A DNA stretch of 60,787 bases from Candidatus Saccharimonadia bacterium. Lineage in GTDB: Bacteria; Patescibacteriota; Saccharimonadia; UBA4664. The notes beneath the pieces are model-generated. The model saw only the letters and a program-made list of their open reading frames with translations, did no database searches and was not told where the DNA came from. Shown one piece after another: positions 36,066-44,173 of this stretch; the stretch's first letter is position 1, and each line of letters opens with the position of its first letter. Position numbers and translations under genes: made by a program. The DNA lies in contig DATIIV010000006.1 of NCBI GenBank assembly GCA_035479295.1, positions 1 to 60,787 of the forward strand, in the 5' to 3' direction.

Positions 36066-36071
36066 TACAAT
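36066..36071 (+). promoter_or_regulatory. -10 box TACAAT upstream of pgk
   Basis: gcgcTACAATag, then a 29-nt leader with GAGGAA before ATG 36101. Confidence 0.45.
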
Positions 36072-36100
36072 AGAACCCGACAGCTAAACGCGAGGAACGC

Positions 36101-37300
36101 ATGCACAAGAAGACGGTTCGCGACATCGATCTAAAAGGGAAGCGCGTGCTGGTGCGCGTGGATTACAATGTGCCGATTAAGGACGGCAAAGTCGGCGACA
36201 CGCTGCGCATTCGGGCCTCGTTCGAGACGCTTAATTATCTGCTAGAGCAGGGCTGCGCGCTAGTATTAATGAGTCACCTGGGCGAGCCCAAGGGCGCGCC
36301 GGACCCGCAGTACAGCCTGCGGCCGGTGGCGGCCAAAGCGGCCGAGCTGCTGGGCCACGACATCACGTTTTATGACGACTGCGTGGGCGAAGCGGTGGAG
36401 CAGGCCGCCAAGGCGCTGCAGCCCGGCCAGATGATGATGCTAGAGAACGTGCGTTTCCACCAGGAGGAGCTCGACAACGACGCCGCCTTTGCTAAGCGGC
36501 TGGCCGGGCTGGGCGAAGTGTACGTTAACGACGCCTTTGCCGTGGAGCATCGCAAGCAGGCCTCGGTGGTGGGTGTGGCGGCCTACTTACCGGCAGTGGC
36601 CGGATTGTTGGTTGAGAAAGAGGTTAATTATATTGCTGGCGCCCTAGAGGCGCCGCAGCGGCCGCTCGTAGCGGTGCTGGGTGGCGCTAAGGTCTCGACC
36701 AAATTGCCCCTGCTCAAGCATCTCATGCCCAAAGTCGACGTGATGGTCCTGACCGGCCCGATCGCCAATACCTTTGCGCTCGCTCAAGGGCAGCCGATAG
36801 GCCAGAGCGTGGCCGAGCCCGACATGGTAGATGATGTGAAGGAGCTGCTAGAGCTGGCCCGGCGCGAGAACACCGAGCTGCTAATGCCCGACGAAGTGGT
36901 GGTCTCGCAGGAGTTGCGGGCGGTTAAGCATATGCGTACGGTGAAGGCCGCGGCGGTGCAGCCGGACGACTACATTGTGGACGCAGCGCCGTCGTACGCC
37001 AAGCAGTTTACGGCCGCGCTGTATGACTTTTTGGACCTGGACGGCCGCAGCACCGTCATTTGGAACGGTCCGCTTGGCCTCACCGAGGTGCCCGAGTTTA
37101 CTCACGGTACGCAGGCCATGGCCGAGGCCATTGTGGCCGTTAAGGGCACCACCATCGTGGGCGGTGGCGATACGGCGGCGTTTGTGGACGCGGCCGGCCT
37201 GCACGACAAGTTTACTTGGGTCTCCACCGGCGGCGGTGCCTCGCTCGAGCTCATGGCCGGCAAAGAGTTGCCCGGCGTGGCCGCTCTGCTCGATATGTAG
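36101..37300 (+). CDS. pgk: phosphoglycerate kinase
   Basis: KRVLVRVDYNVP, MSHLGEPKG and GGGDTAA motifs. 399 aa. Confidence 0.95.
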   Translation: MHKKTVRDIDLKGKRVLVRVDYNVPIKDGKVGDTLRIRASFETLNYLLEQGCALVLMSHLGEPKGAPDPQYSLRPVAAKAAELLGHDITFYDDCVGEAVEQAAKALQPGQMMMLENVRFHQEELDNDAAFAKRLAGLGEVYVNDAFAVEHRKQASVVGVAAYLPAVAGLLVEKEVNYIAGALEAPQRPLVAVLGGAKVSTKLPLLKHLMPKVDVMVLTGPIANTFALAQGQPIGQSVAEPDMVDDVKELLELARRENTELLMPDEVVVSQELRAVKHMRTVKAAAVQPDDYIVDAAPSYAKQFTAALYDFLDLDGRSTVIWNGPLGLTEVPEFTHGTQAMAEAIVAVKGTTIVGGGDTAAFVDAAGLHDKFTWVSTGGGASLELMAGKELPGVAALLDM

Positions 37301-37332
37301 CTCGTTTGACGGCCGGCGAGCTTTATCATAGT

Positions 37333-37989
37333 ATGGCCTCATTGCCGATGCTCTGGACGACGGACGGAGGACTGACAATGAATGTGAAGCGGCCCAGAGA
37401 GGGCGGCATGGCTCCGCTGTGGGCGGGTGCCCAGAGGTTGGTCCAGCTAGCTGACGGTTACGGCGGCTACCGCTTAGCTCAGCGCGCTGCCGTGGGGAGG
37501 CTCCTCAGGCTTGATCTCGATTGCCGGATTGCCGCCCTCACCATGGTGGCCGATGGCACGGCGGCCGAACTGACGCCGCGAGGCAAGGTCGGCGTAATTC
37601 TGTCTATCGACTTTATGTGGGTGAGTTGCACCGGGGTGATCTCGCTCTGGGCCGAGACTCCCGGCGGCCGCTCCACGCCGGAGATGCCGCCGCTGCTCCG
37701 GCTGGAGCCACCGGACAACCCGGATTTCAAGCTCGCCATGTGGCTGATTTTGGACGAGCTGGGCATTCGCCGGGTGTCTCACATGGAGGCGGTGGCGTAC
37801 ACTCAGCTTGGCTGGGACGGGTGGGCCATGAAGTGCAGCCACCGCCTTAGCCAGACGGGGCTATCTCACATCGTGCGACCCTCGGAGCAGGAGGCCTTGC
37901 TGGTCTTTCGCAATGGTCAAACCATGAGCCTGAGCATTATCACGCTCAACCCCGGCAGCCCGATGCTGGAGCTTCGCCCGGGGCCATGA
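37333..37989 (+). CDS. hypothetical protein inserted between pgk and tpiA
   Basis: Track ORF 37216..37989 overlaps the pgk 3' end. Trimmed to ATG 37333 (MASLPML). The block IAALTMVADGTAAEL...MPPLLRLEPPDNPDFKLAMWL resembles MMALMMWDPDGAGRL...MMPYLRLELPDNDGPLELRVGL of the 57324 gene. Confidence 0.6.
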   Translation: MASLPMLWTTDGGLTMNVKRPREGGMAPLWAGAQRLVQLADGYGGYRLAQRAAVGRLLRLDLDCRIAALTMVADGTAAELTPRGKVGVILSIDFMWVSCTGVISLWAETPGGRSTPEMPPLLRLEPPDNPDFKLAMWLILDELGIRRVSHMEAVAYTQLGWDGWAMKCSHRLSQTGLSHIVRPSEQEALLVFRNGQTMSLSIITLNPGSPMLELRPGP

Positions 37990-38018
37990 TCGAGCCACAG
38001 CTCTGAGCCGGCCTTCCG

Positions 38019-38059
38019 AATCCCGCCAAGCCGCCCACGTCGGTGGTTTGGCGGGATTT
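38019..38059 (+). terminator. hairpin terminator after the inserted gene
   Basis: AATCCCGCCAA...TTGGCGGGATT perfect 11-bp stem followed by TTGCTCGTTT. Confidence 0.6.
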
Positions 38060-38105
38060 GCTCGTTTGGTGCGGCGCCGGCTTTGCCCATGTTGCCCATA
38101 AGCGG

Positions 38106-38111
38106 TACAAT
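38106..38111 (+). promoter_or_regulatory. -10 box TACAAT upstream of tpiA
   Basis: cggTACAATaaag, GAGGG SD, ATG 38135. Confidence 0.45.
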
Positions 38112-38134
38112 AAAGACCACAAACGAGGGTACTC

Positions 38135-38887
38135 ATGGCGCGCTTAATCGTTGGTAATTGGAAGATGAACCTGAATCCGGGTGAGGCCAGCGTGCTGGTC
38201 CATCGACTGGAGGATAAGCTGGCCGTGAGCACGGGCACCGAGGTGGTGATCTGCCCGCCATTTATCGATATTTACCCCATCGCGCGCGAGCTCGATCACA
38301 AGAAGCTGAGGCTCGGTTCGCAGAACATTCATTATCTGGACGAGGGTGCTTTTACGGGCGAGATCTCGCCGGCTATGCTCAAGGGCCTCGTCAACTACGC
38401 TATCATTGGCCACTCGGAACGGCGCGCTATGGGCGAGGACGATAAACTGATTGCCAAGAAGGTGGCGGCCGCCTTACGCAACGACATTACGCCGATTCTG
38501 TGCGTGGGCGAGAAGTTGGCCGATCGCGAGCACGGCCTCTCTACTAAGGTAGTGATCGATCAGCTCACGGCCGACCTGGGCCAGCTCACGGCTGCCGATG
38601 TGGCGCAACTGGTGGTGGCCTACGAGCCGGTCTGGGCCATTGGCACCGGCCGCGTGGCTAAGCCCGACGAGGTGGCGCCGGTGGTGGCGGCCATCCGCCA
38701 GACCATCGAAGAGCTCTATGGCGAGGAGGGTGCCGGCGGCTTGCGCGTGCTATATGGCGGCAGCGTTACCCCAGATGTCTGTACGGCCTACCTCAAAATG
38801 CGGAGCATCGACGGCCTGCTCGTGGGGGGCGCTAGCCTCAATTACGAGGAGTTTGCCCAGATTGCTAAGATTGCGCAGGGGTTGTAG
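38135..38887 (+). CDS. tpiA: triose-phosphate isomerase
   Basis: VGNWKMN, IIGHSERR, AYEPVWAIGTG and YGGSV motifs. Confidence 0.95.
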   Translation: MARLIVGNWKMNLNPGEASVLVHRLEDKLAVSTGTEVVICPPFIDIYPIARELDHKKLRLGSQNIHYLDEGAFTGEISPAMLKGLVNYAIIGHSERRAMGEDDKLIAKKVAAALRNDITPILCVGEKLADREHGLSTKVVIDQLTADLGQLTAADVAQLVVAYEPVWAIGTGRVAKPDEVAPVVAAIRQTIEELYGEEGAGGLRVLYGGSVTPDVCTAYLKMRSIDGLLVGGASLNYEEFAQIAKIAQGL

Positions 38888-38927
38888 TATCGGCCGCCCA
38901 TCGCGCATCGACGCACAATAGGGTAAA

Positions 38928-39368
38928 ATGGCCGACATGAACCTGCCGCTCGACTCGCAACAACTCAAGAAATTGATCGAACTAGCCTACCTGGGTGAGT
39001 GGTTGATTAACGCCCATCACGATACCGATTTTCAGGATGAGGCGGCTACGGCCGCGCTGCAGCCGCTGCTGGCCGCGGCCGAGGGTGCTGGGGTGGGCCG
39101 TGATGCTGAGACCGGCCAGTATTACCTGGAGTCGGATTGGACCGAACGGCTGTACGACCAGTACGTGCTCGATTATGACGATCACGTGTTCTGGGACGAG
39201 CTGGTAGAGCGGCTGGCCCAGCGCGATCTGGCCCGGCAGCGCGGTGTGCCGGTGGAGGAGGTTAATCGTGAGGACGATCTGCGCGAACTTCGACCGCTGG
39301 AGGATCGTTACCGGCACGAATGCGAGGAGCATGGACTCGATCGATTGGAGATCAGTAACGACTTTTAG
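38928..39368 (+). CDS. acidic hypothetical protein
   Basis: 146-aa ORF. The second ATG at 38937 lies 7 nt after TAAAAT (38924-38929) and may be the leaderless start. Confidence 0.55.
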   Translation: MADMNLPLDSQQLKKLIELAYLGEWLINAHHDTDFQDEAATAALQPLLAAAEGAGVGRDAETGQYYLESDWTERLYDQYVLDYDDHVFWDELVERLAQRDLARQRGVPVEEVNREDDLRELRPLEDRYRHECEEHGLDRLEISNDF

Positions 39369-39398
39369 CATAACCGGCTTGATGTTATACTAAAAGCC

Positions 39399-40685
39399 AT
39401 GAAGTGTCCTAAATGCCAGCATGATATGCTGGAATCCCACCACGGCTGGCTCTGTCTTAATTGTGGCCACCTGGAGCCGGCGGCGGCCAACCAGACGCCA
39501 TTAACGGCGGCCGATATCAAAAATGGCCGTCCCACCGCCGAAAACCCAATTATGCCACTAAATGCTGCACCCGCACCGTCCGAGACCAAGCCAGTGTCGG
39601 CCACGGCGCCAATAGCGGACACCGCGCCGTCTAAGCCGGCTGATGAGTCAAAGGAGCCTACGGCTGAGGCTGTGGAAAAGTCGGCGACGCCAGAGCCAAT
39701 CCCGGCGGCGCCGGCCGAGATCGATGCGCCGGTTGAAGCCAAGGCTGAACCAGACCAGGCACCAGAGGCCGCCGAAGCTTCCGAGCCGAAGATCCACGAC
39801 GAGAAGGAGGAGCCGGCCGCCGAGGTGGTGGCCAAGCCCACCGATCAAGACGATGAGGCTGACGAGGCCGATGACGCTGAGCCTGAGGCCGCCGACGATG
39901 ACACTGATGACGACAGTGATGACAGTGACGACACTGACGAGACCGAGGATGCCGATGAGGCCGTACCCGCTGTCATCGATGCACCGGTCGACGCGCCGGC
40001 CGAAGCGGAGGTCAAGGTTGAGCCTATTAATAACAATGACGCTCCCGAAGAGGTAGCCGAGGCAATTAGCGCAGCTGTAGCGGCGACGCAGCCCACTGAA
40101 GCTGAGGCTTCGGCTGCACCCAAGACCGCGGATGCCGAGACGCCCGAGCCTACAGCGCCAGCTCCCGCCACTGAACCCAAGCCTGAACCTGAACCCAAGT
40201 CCGACCCCGACCCAAAGCCCGAATCAGTCGCTAGCGTTCCGTCGGCGCCCGTGGCTGCGGCTTACACCCCGGTTCATGCGGCCGACGTTCACACGGGCGG
40301 CAAGCCTCGTGCGGTCGACGCCATTGCCTCTAAGCCTAAGCCGCCGGTGGTCTCTGCGCCGTCCACAGCAGATACCATCGCCGCGCCAACTCCGGTGCCA
40401 ACTCCTGAGGCCTCGCCACCCGCTTCGCCGTCGCCGGCTGCATCGCCAGCCCCTATGCCCGCTCCGGCCGCTGCTCCTGCGCCCGTTGCGCCCACTCCGC
40501 CTCCTGCTCCGGCTCCGTCTATTCCCCAGACCGTCCCTGGCGCCAAGCCACCGGTTATCGCCAAGACCCAGCCCCGACCGCTCAAACTTCGTGATATTAT
40601 TGCTATTGCTGTCGGCGCAATCCTCCTGATTGTCCTGGGCATCTTTGCTTATCTCGTCATCACCAAGCAAAGCCTACCGTTTTAG
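39399..40685 (+). CDS. zinc-ribbon protein with long acidic/Pro-Ala-rich disordered region and C-terminal TM anchor
   Basis: N-terminus MKCPKCQHDM...CLNCGH (CxxC...CxxC). About 330 aa of low complexity follow (DDxDDDSDDSDD, then PAPxP runs). The C-terminus IIAIAVGAILLIVLGIFAYLVI is hydrophobic. Confidence 0.7.
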   Translation: MKCPKCQHDMLESHHGWLCLNCGHLEPAAANQTPLTAADIKNGRPTAENPIMPLNAAPAPSETKPVSATAPIADTAPSKPADESKEPTAEAVEKSATPEPIPAAPAEIDAPVEAKAEPDQAPEAAEASEPKIHDEKEEPAAEVVAKPTDQDDEADEADDAEPEAADDDTDDDSDDSDDTDETEDADEAVPAVIDAPVDAPAEAEVKVEPINNNDAPEEVAEAISAAVAATQPTEAEASAAPKTADAETPEPTAPAPATEPKPEPEPKSDPDPKPESVASVPSAPVAAAYTPVHAADVHTGGKPRAVDAIASKPKPPVVSAPSTADTIAAPTPVPTPEASPPASPSPAASPAPMPAPAAAPAPVAPTPPPAPAPSIPQTVPGAKPPVIAKTQPRPLKLRDIIAIAVGAILLIVLGIFAYLVITKQSLPF

Positions 40686-41011
40686 CTGACAGCTCCGATG
40701 GATGAAGGGAATCGCGTGATTTCACGTCCGTTGACGACCTCCGGGCCGCCGGATCCGGAAGAGCGACAGTTTTAAATCGAACCTCTCGCTTCACTGAATG
40801 ATCAGCCACCCCTTGGCGGCCAATGACCCGCCGCCTCTGCCCGAGAAAGCCGAGAACTAGTGACAGAGCCGACTACGGAATCTGCCGATCAGGAGCCAGA
40901 AGAGGCTCCGGCGGGCCCGCCGGATGTACTGCGCGACGAACATGGCATGCCGTTTGGCCCAAACGGCGAGCGTATCTGGATGGACTGACCACGACTACAA
41001 GGAGGAGCGTA

Positions 41012-41164
41012 ATGAGCTTGCCTGACGGCGAAGAGAAGCCCAGGCCAAGGCCGGCCACGGTGGGCGATCTGTTCAGCCGGACCGATTCCGGCCAGGACAG
41101 CCTAGAGACCGGGCCGCAGACCCCGGCGCCGGATGATCCGGATGAGCTGGCGCCCGAGCAGTAG
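41012..41164 (+). CDS. small acidic disordered protein (50 aa)
   Basis: An internal ATG of track ORF 40823..41164, preceded by the consensus AAGGAGG 6 nt upstream. Followed by a strong hairpin. Confidence 0.4.
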   Translation: MSLPDGEEKPRPRPATVGDLFSRTDSGQDSLETGPQTPAPDDPDELAPEQ

Positions 41165-41196
41165 CCCTCGACGACCGATGTAATCTGCGGTCGCTT

Positions 41197-41233
41197 GGCG
41201 CCCCGGAAGCAGCGTGACTGTTTCCGGGGCGCC
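41197..41233 (+). terminator. strong GC hairpin
   Basis: GGCGCCCCGGAAgCAG-cgtga-CTGtTTCCGGGGCGCC. Lies inside the 5' extension of the pcrA track ORF. Confidence 0.55.
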
Positions 41234-41288
41234 TACCATACCCTGGGCCGGCGGCATGTCAACTCTAGTTCGGCCGCGTTCGGCCAGG

Positions 41289-41294
41289 TACAAT
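41289..41294 (+). promoter_or_regulatory. -10 box TACAAT, 6 nt before the pcrA ATG (leaderless)
   Basis: ggTACAATcagataATG. Confidence 0.55.
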
Positions 41295-41300
41295 CAGATA

Positions 41301-43568
41301 ATGAATGATCTGCTAGCCGAGCTAAATGAGCCGCAGCGCCAGGCTGCCCAAACCACCACGGGGCCGGTCTTGATTTTGGCCGGCGCTGGCTCGGGCAAGA
41401 CCAAGGCGCTGACGCATCGCATCGCCTACCTGGTGGCGCAGCAGGGGGTGCGGCCGGTCAATATCTTGGCCGTTACCTTTACCAACAAGGCCGCCGGCGA
41501 GATGCGCGGCCGAGTGCTGCGACTGCTGGGCCTCGATCCCGCCAGCCGCACGTACTTTCCGTTTATTGGCACCTTCCACTCCATTTGTCTGCGGCTGCTG
41601 CGGCGCGAGGCGGCCGAGATCGGCCTGCCGGCCAACTTCCTCATCTTCGATGCGGCCGATTCACAGAGCGCCATTAAGCAGGCCATGCGTGCTACCCACA
41701 TCGACGACAAACAGTTTACGCCCGGCCTCATTCACGGCCTCATCTCGTCGGCCAAAAACGAGCTGGTCGGCCCCGACAATTACGCCAAACTAGCCAATGG
41801 CAAGGCCCAAGATGCCGCCGCCAAGGTCTACCCGCGCTATCAAGCCCTGCTCAAGGAGGCCGGCGCCCTCGACTTTGACGACCTCATCTTTGAGACCGTG
41901 CGCATGTTTCGCCAGTATCCGGACCTTCTGCACAAATACCAAGAGCAGTTCCAGTACATCATGGTCGACGAGTATCAGGACACGAATCACGCACAGTATC
42001 AGATCACCAAGCTGCTGGCAGCGGCGCATCGCAATCTGTGTGTGGTGGGCGACGACTGGCAGAGCATTTATAGCTGGCGCGGGGCTAATTTTCAGAATAT
42101 TCTCGATTTTGAGAAGGACTATCCCGAGACGCAGGTAATTAAGCTGGAGCAAAATTACCGCAGCACTCGCAATATTCTCGATGCCGCCCACGCTATTATT
42201 ACCAAAAATCGCACCCGGTCCGACAAAAAACTCTGGACTGAGCTGGGAGCCGGCGCGGGTATCGGTGCGGTCAATGTTTACAACGAGATCCAGGAGGGCG
42301 AGTGGATTACGCGCAAGGTCCAAGAGCTGGTGGTGACCGAGAAGCGCGAGCTGTACGATTTTGCGGTGCTGTACCGCACCAATGCTCAGTCGCGCTCGCT
42401 TGAGGAGGCGTTTCTACGGGCCGGATTGCCGTATAAAATCGTCGGTGGTACGCGGTTTTATGAGCGGCGCGAAATCAAAGATGCCATGGCCTACTTGCGA
42501 TTCGTCTACCAGCCCGACGACGTGGTGAGCTTTGGCCGTATTATTAATTTGCCGCCGCGCGGCCTGGGCGACGTGAGCCTGGCGCGGCTAGAGGAGTGGC
42601 GGCGGGCACAAGGGCTGGGGCTGCTGCCAGCGCTCCAGCGGGCGGCCGAGGCGCCGGGGTTACAGGCTCGGGCGGTAACGGCTCTGCGCGGGTTTGCCGA
42701 GCTCATCGACGGCCTGCGCGCCGAGATTCCCAAGCGCTCGGTGAGTGGCCTGCTCGACCTGATTATCAAGCGCTCGGGCTACCTCAATTATCTGGACGAC
42801 GGCTCGGTTACGGCGGCCGATCGCATCGAGAACGTCAAGGAATTATTGAGTGTCACCGAGACGTACAATGAGCTGTCGTTGCAAGAATTTCTGGAAGAGA
42901 TCGCGCTGATCGCCGACATCGATAACTATGCCCAAGACACCAATGCCGTAACCCTCATGACGCTGCACGCGGCCAAGGGCCTGGAGTTTCCAGTGGTGAT
43001 CATTCCCGGCATGGAGGAGGGGATCTTTCCGCACTCGCGGTCGCTGTTTGACGCCGAGCAGATGGAGGAGGAGCGGCGGCTCTGCTACGTGGGCATGACG
43101 CGGGCCAAGGAGCGGCTGTTCTTGGTGTATGCTAATTCGCGGCTGCTCTACGGTCGCACCGATCACAATCCGCCGTCGCGGTTTATGCTGGAGGTGCCGC
43201 CGGAGCTGCAGGCCGAAGGGAGCGAGTGGGGTGTGGCGGGGCGAGCGGCCGGGGCTGGGCATGGAGCTGGAGCGGCTAGCTGGTCGGCTACCACGCTGCA
43301 TGGCGGTGGCGGCTCGGGCCGGCGTGGTCCGGCGGCCGATGTGCTCGGTGCTGGCCAGAGCGGCCTGCCCACCACCGAGCACGAGGCCGCCGCTCACCGC
43401 GAGGAGCTGCTCGGCCTCCAGCTCCAGCCCGGCGACCGCATCGAGCACGCCAAATTTGGCGCCGGCATCGTCAGTGCCGTCGATGGCGACGAGGTTACGG
43501 CCGCCTTCGCCGGCCTGGGCAGCAAGCGCCTGTCGCTCAGCTTCGCGCCTATTCGCAAGCTTGACTAG
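41301..43568 (+). CDS. pcrA: ATP-dependent DNA helicase PcrA/UvrD
   Basis: LNEPQRQAA, AGAGSGKTKALTHR, FTNKAAGEM, VDEYQDTN, LEQNYRST and the C-terminal VTLMTLHAAKGLEFP..., VGMTRAK motifs. Start trimmed from 41214 to 41301. Confidence 0.92.
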   Translation: MNDLLAELNEPQRQAAQTTTGPVLILAGAGSGKTKALTHRIAYLVAQQGVRPVNILAVTFTNKAAGEMRGRVLRLLGLDPASRTYFPFIGTFHSICLRLLRREAAEIGLPANFLIFDAADSQSAIKQAMRATHIDDKQFTPGLIHGLISSAKNELVGPDNYAKLANGKAQDAAAKVYPRYQALLKEAGALDFDDLIFETVRMFRQYPDLLHKYQEQFQYIMVDEYQDTNHAQYQITKLLAAAHRNLCVVGDDWQSIYSWRGANFQNILDFEKDYPETQVIKLEQNYRSTRNILDAAHAIITKNRTRSDKKLWTELGAGAGIGAVNVYNEIQEGEWITRKVQELVVTEKRELYDFAVLYRTNAQSRSLEEAFLRAGLPYKIVGGTRFYERREIKDAMAYLRFVYQPDDVVSFGRIINLPPRGLGDVSLARLEEWRRAQGLGLLPALQRAAEAPGLQARAVTALRGFAELIDGLRAEIPKRSVSGLLDLIIKRSGYLNYLDDGSVTAADRIENVKELLSVTETYNELSLQEFLEEIALIADIDNYAQDTNAVTLMTLHAAKGLEFPVVIIPGMEEGIFPHSRSLFDAEQMEEERRLCYVGMTRAKERLFLVYANSRLLYGRTDHNPPSRFMLEVPPELQAEGSEWGVAGRAAGAGHGAGAASWSATTLHGGGGSGRRGPAADVLGAGQSGLPTTEHEAAAHREELLGLQLQPGDRIEHAKFGAGIVSAVDGDEVTAAFAGLGSKRLSLSFAPIRKLD

Positions 43569-43589
43569 TGTTCGTCAGCGCTTTTTAAT
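43561..43589 (+). promoter_or_regulatory. sigma-70-like promoter TTGACT-17 nt-TTTAAT overlapping the pcrA stop
   Basis: TTGACTagtgttcgtcagcgcttTTTAAT. It would start a transcript about 23 nt before ATG 43619. Confidence 0.5.
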
Positions 43590-43618
43590 GAATCACGGCC
43601 CGTTCGCCACCGACAAGA

Positions 43619-43870
43619 ATGAAGGTTGGATACGTGACCTGTATGATCATGCAAGCTTCTGCGGAACAGGCCGCTTTGGCGGCCAGGCTGTTCCTTCCTG
43701 ATGCTTTGTCGCCCGGAGCGCTGTCGGCGACCAGCGACAATCCTACATGTATGTGCATGGGAGAGGGGGCAGGCTGCACTGGCTGTTCTTGCCAAACCTG
43801 CCCGCAAAGGAAGCGGTGCAGCCACACCGTTAGTGTGGCCGACCAGCTGTTTTGTTCAAGCTGTCGCTAG
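43619..43870 (+). CDS. Cys-rich small protein 1 (83 aa)
   Basis: MKVGY... The C-terminal 40 aa carry C-x-C-x6-C-x2-C-x-C-x2-C-x5-C-x11-C-x2-C. The same signature occurs in the adjacent ORF although the DNA is diverged. No obvious SD. Confidence 0.45.
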   Translation: MKVGYVTCMIMQASAEQAALAARLFLPDALSPGALSATSDNPTCMCMGEGAGCTGCSCQTCPQRKRCSHTVSVADQLFCSSCR

Positions 43871-43876
43871 CGGCCG

Positions 43877-44083
43877 ATGAGAGTGGGAGGCGTTCCGATA
43901 CACTTGAAGCTTCTCCCCGGTTTTCTGATTACGGTACTCGGTCCGGTAGGGCTGGCGAACCGCTGCCAGTGCAAGAATCCGGCGTGTCGGTGCCCCTGCG
44001 AGGCGTGCGATATGGGTCTGCAGTGCATTCGATACATTACGGTGCCGGGCATCTGTAGCGCCTGCTCTTCGGTTGGGCTGTAA
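43877..44083 (+). CDS. Cys-rich small protein 2 (68 aa), paralogue of the preceding ORF
   Basis: MRVGG... C-x-C-x4-C-x-C-x-C-x2-C-x5-C-x9-C-x2-C. Starts 6 nt after the stop of ORF 1. Confidence 0.45.
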   Translation: MRVGGVPIHLKLLPGFLITVLGPVGLANRCQCKNPACRCPCEACDMGLQCIRYITVPGICSACSSVGL

Positions 44084-44085
44084 TC

Positions 44086-44121
44086 CGGTAGGCTTGCCGG
44101 CCACGACCAGCAAGCCTACCG
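44086..44121 (+). terminator. 12-bp perfect hairpin right after Cys-rich ORF 2
   Basis: CGGTAGGCTTGC-cggccacgacca-GCAAGCCTACCG. No U-tract. Confidence 0.5.
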
Positions 44122-44173
44122 AACCCTAAACTTATCCACATTGACGGCGCCCAGATAGAGCGCTACCATAAGC

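Noticed and set aside
39365-40670. Many ORFs on both strands (39365..39841, 39643..40056, 39845..40198, 40132..40629, 40224..40670, 40289..40642).
   Set aside because: They all arise from the low-complexity GA/GC-rich repeats encoding the acidic and Pro/Ala tracts of the 39399 gene. Only that frame has a structured N-terminus (zinc ribbon) and a C-terminal TM anchor.
43569-44173. A possible RNase P RNA, tmRNA, SRP RNA or c-di-AMP (ydaO) riboswitch in the 605-bp gap before the RpfB-like gene. Local resemblances include CCAGTGCAAGAA, CCGGTAGGCTTGC, CGAACCCTAAACTTATC, two AATCCGG motifs and AGGAAGGAACAGCC on the minus strand.
   Set aside because: The universally conserved RNase P blocks (GAGGAAAGTCCGGGC, AGGGTGAAA, GGTAAGAGCGCACC) are absent. 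There is no tRNA-like T-arm or CCA end for a tmRNA. The SRP-like motif is buried in a long perfect stem. The ydaO core (GGGGACCCA, CAGCTAACCTCGTAAGCG) is not present. The paired Cys-rich ORFs explain the region better, but Rfam cmscan should still be run.
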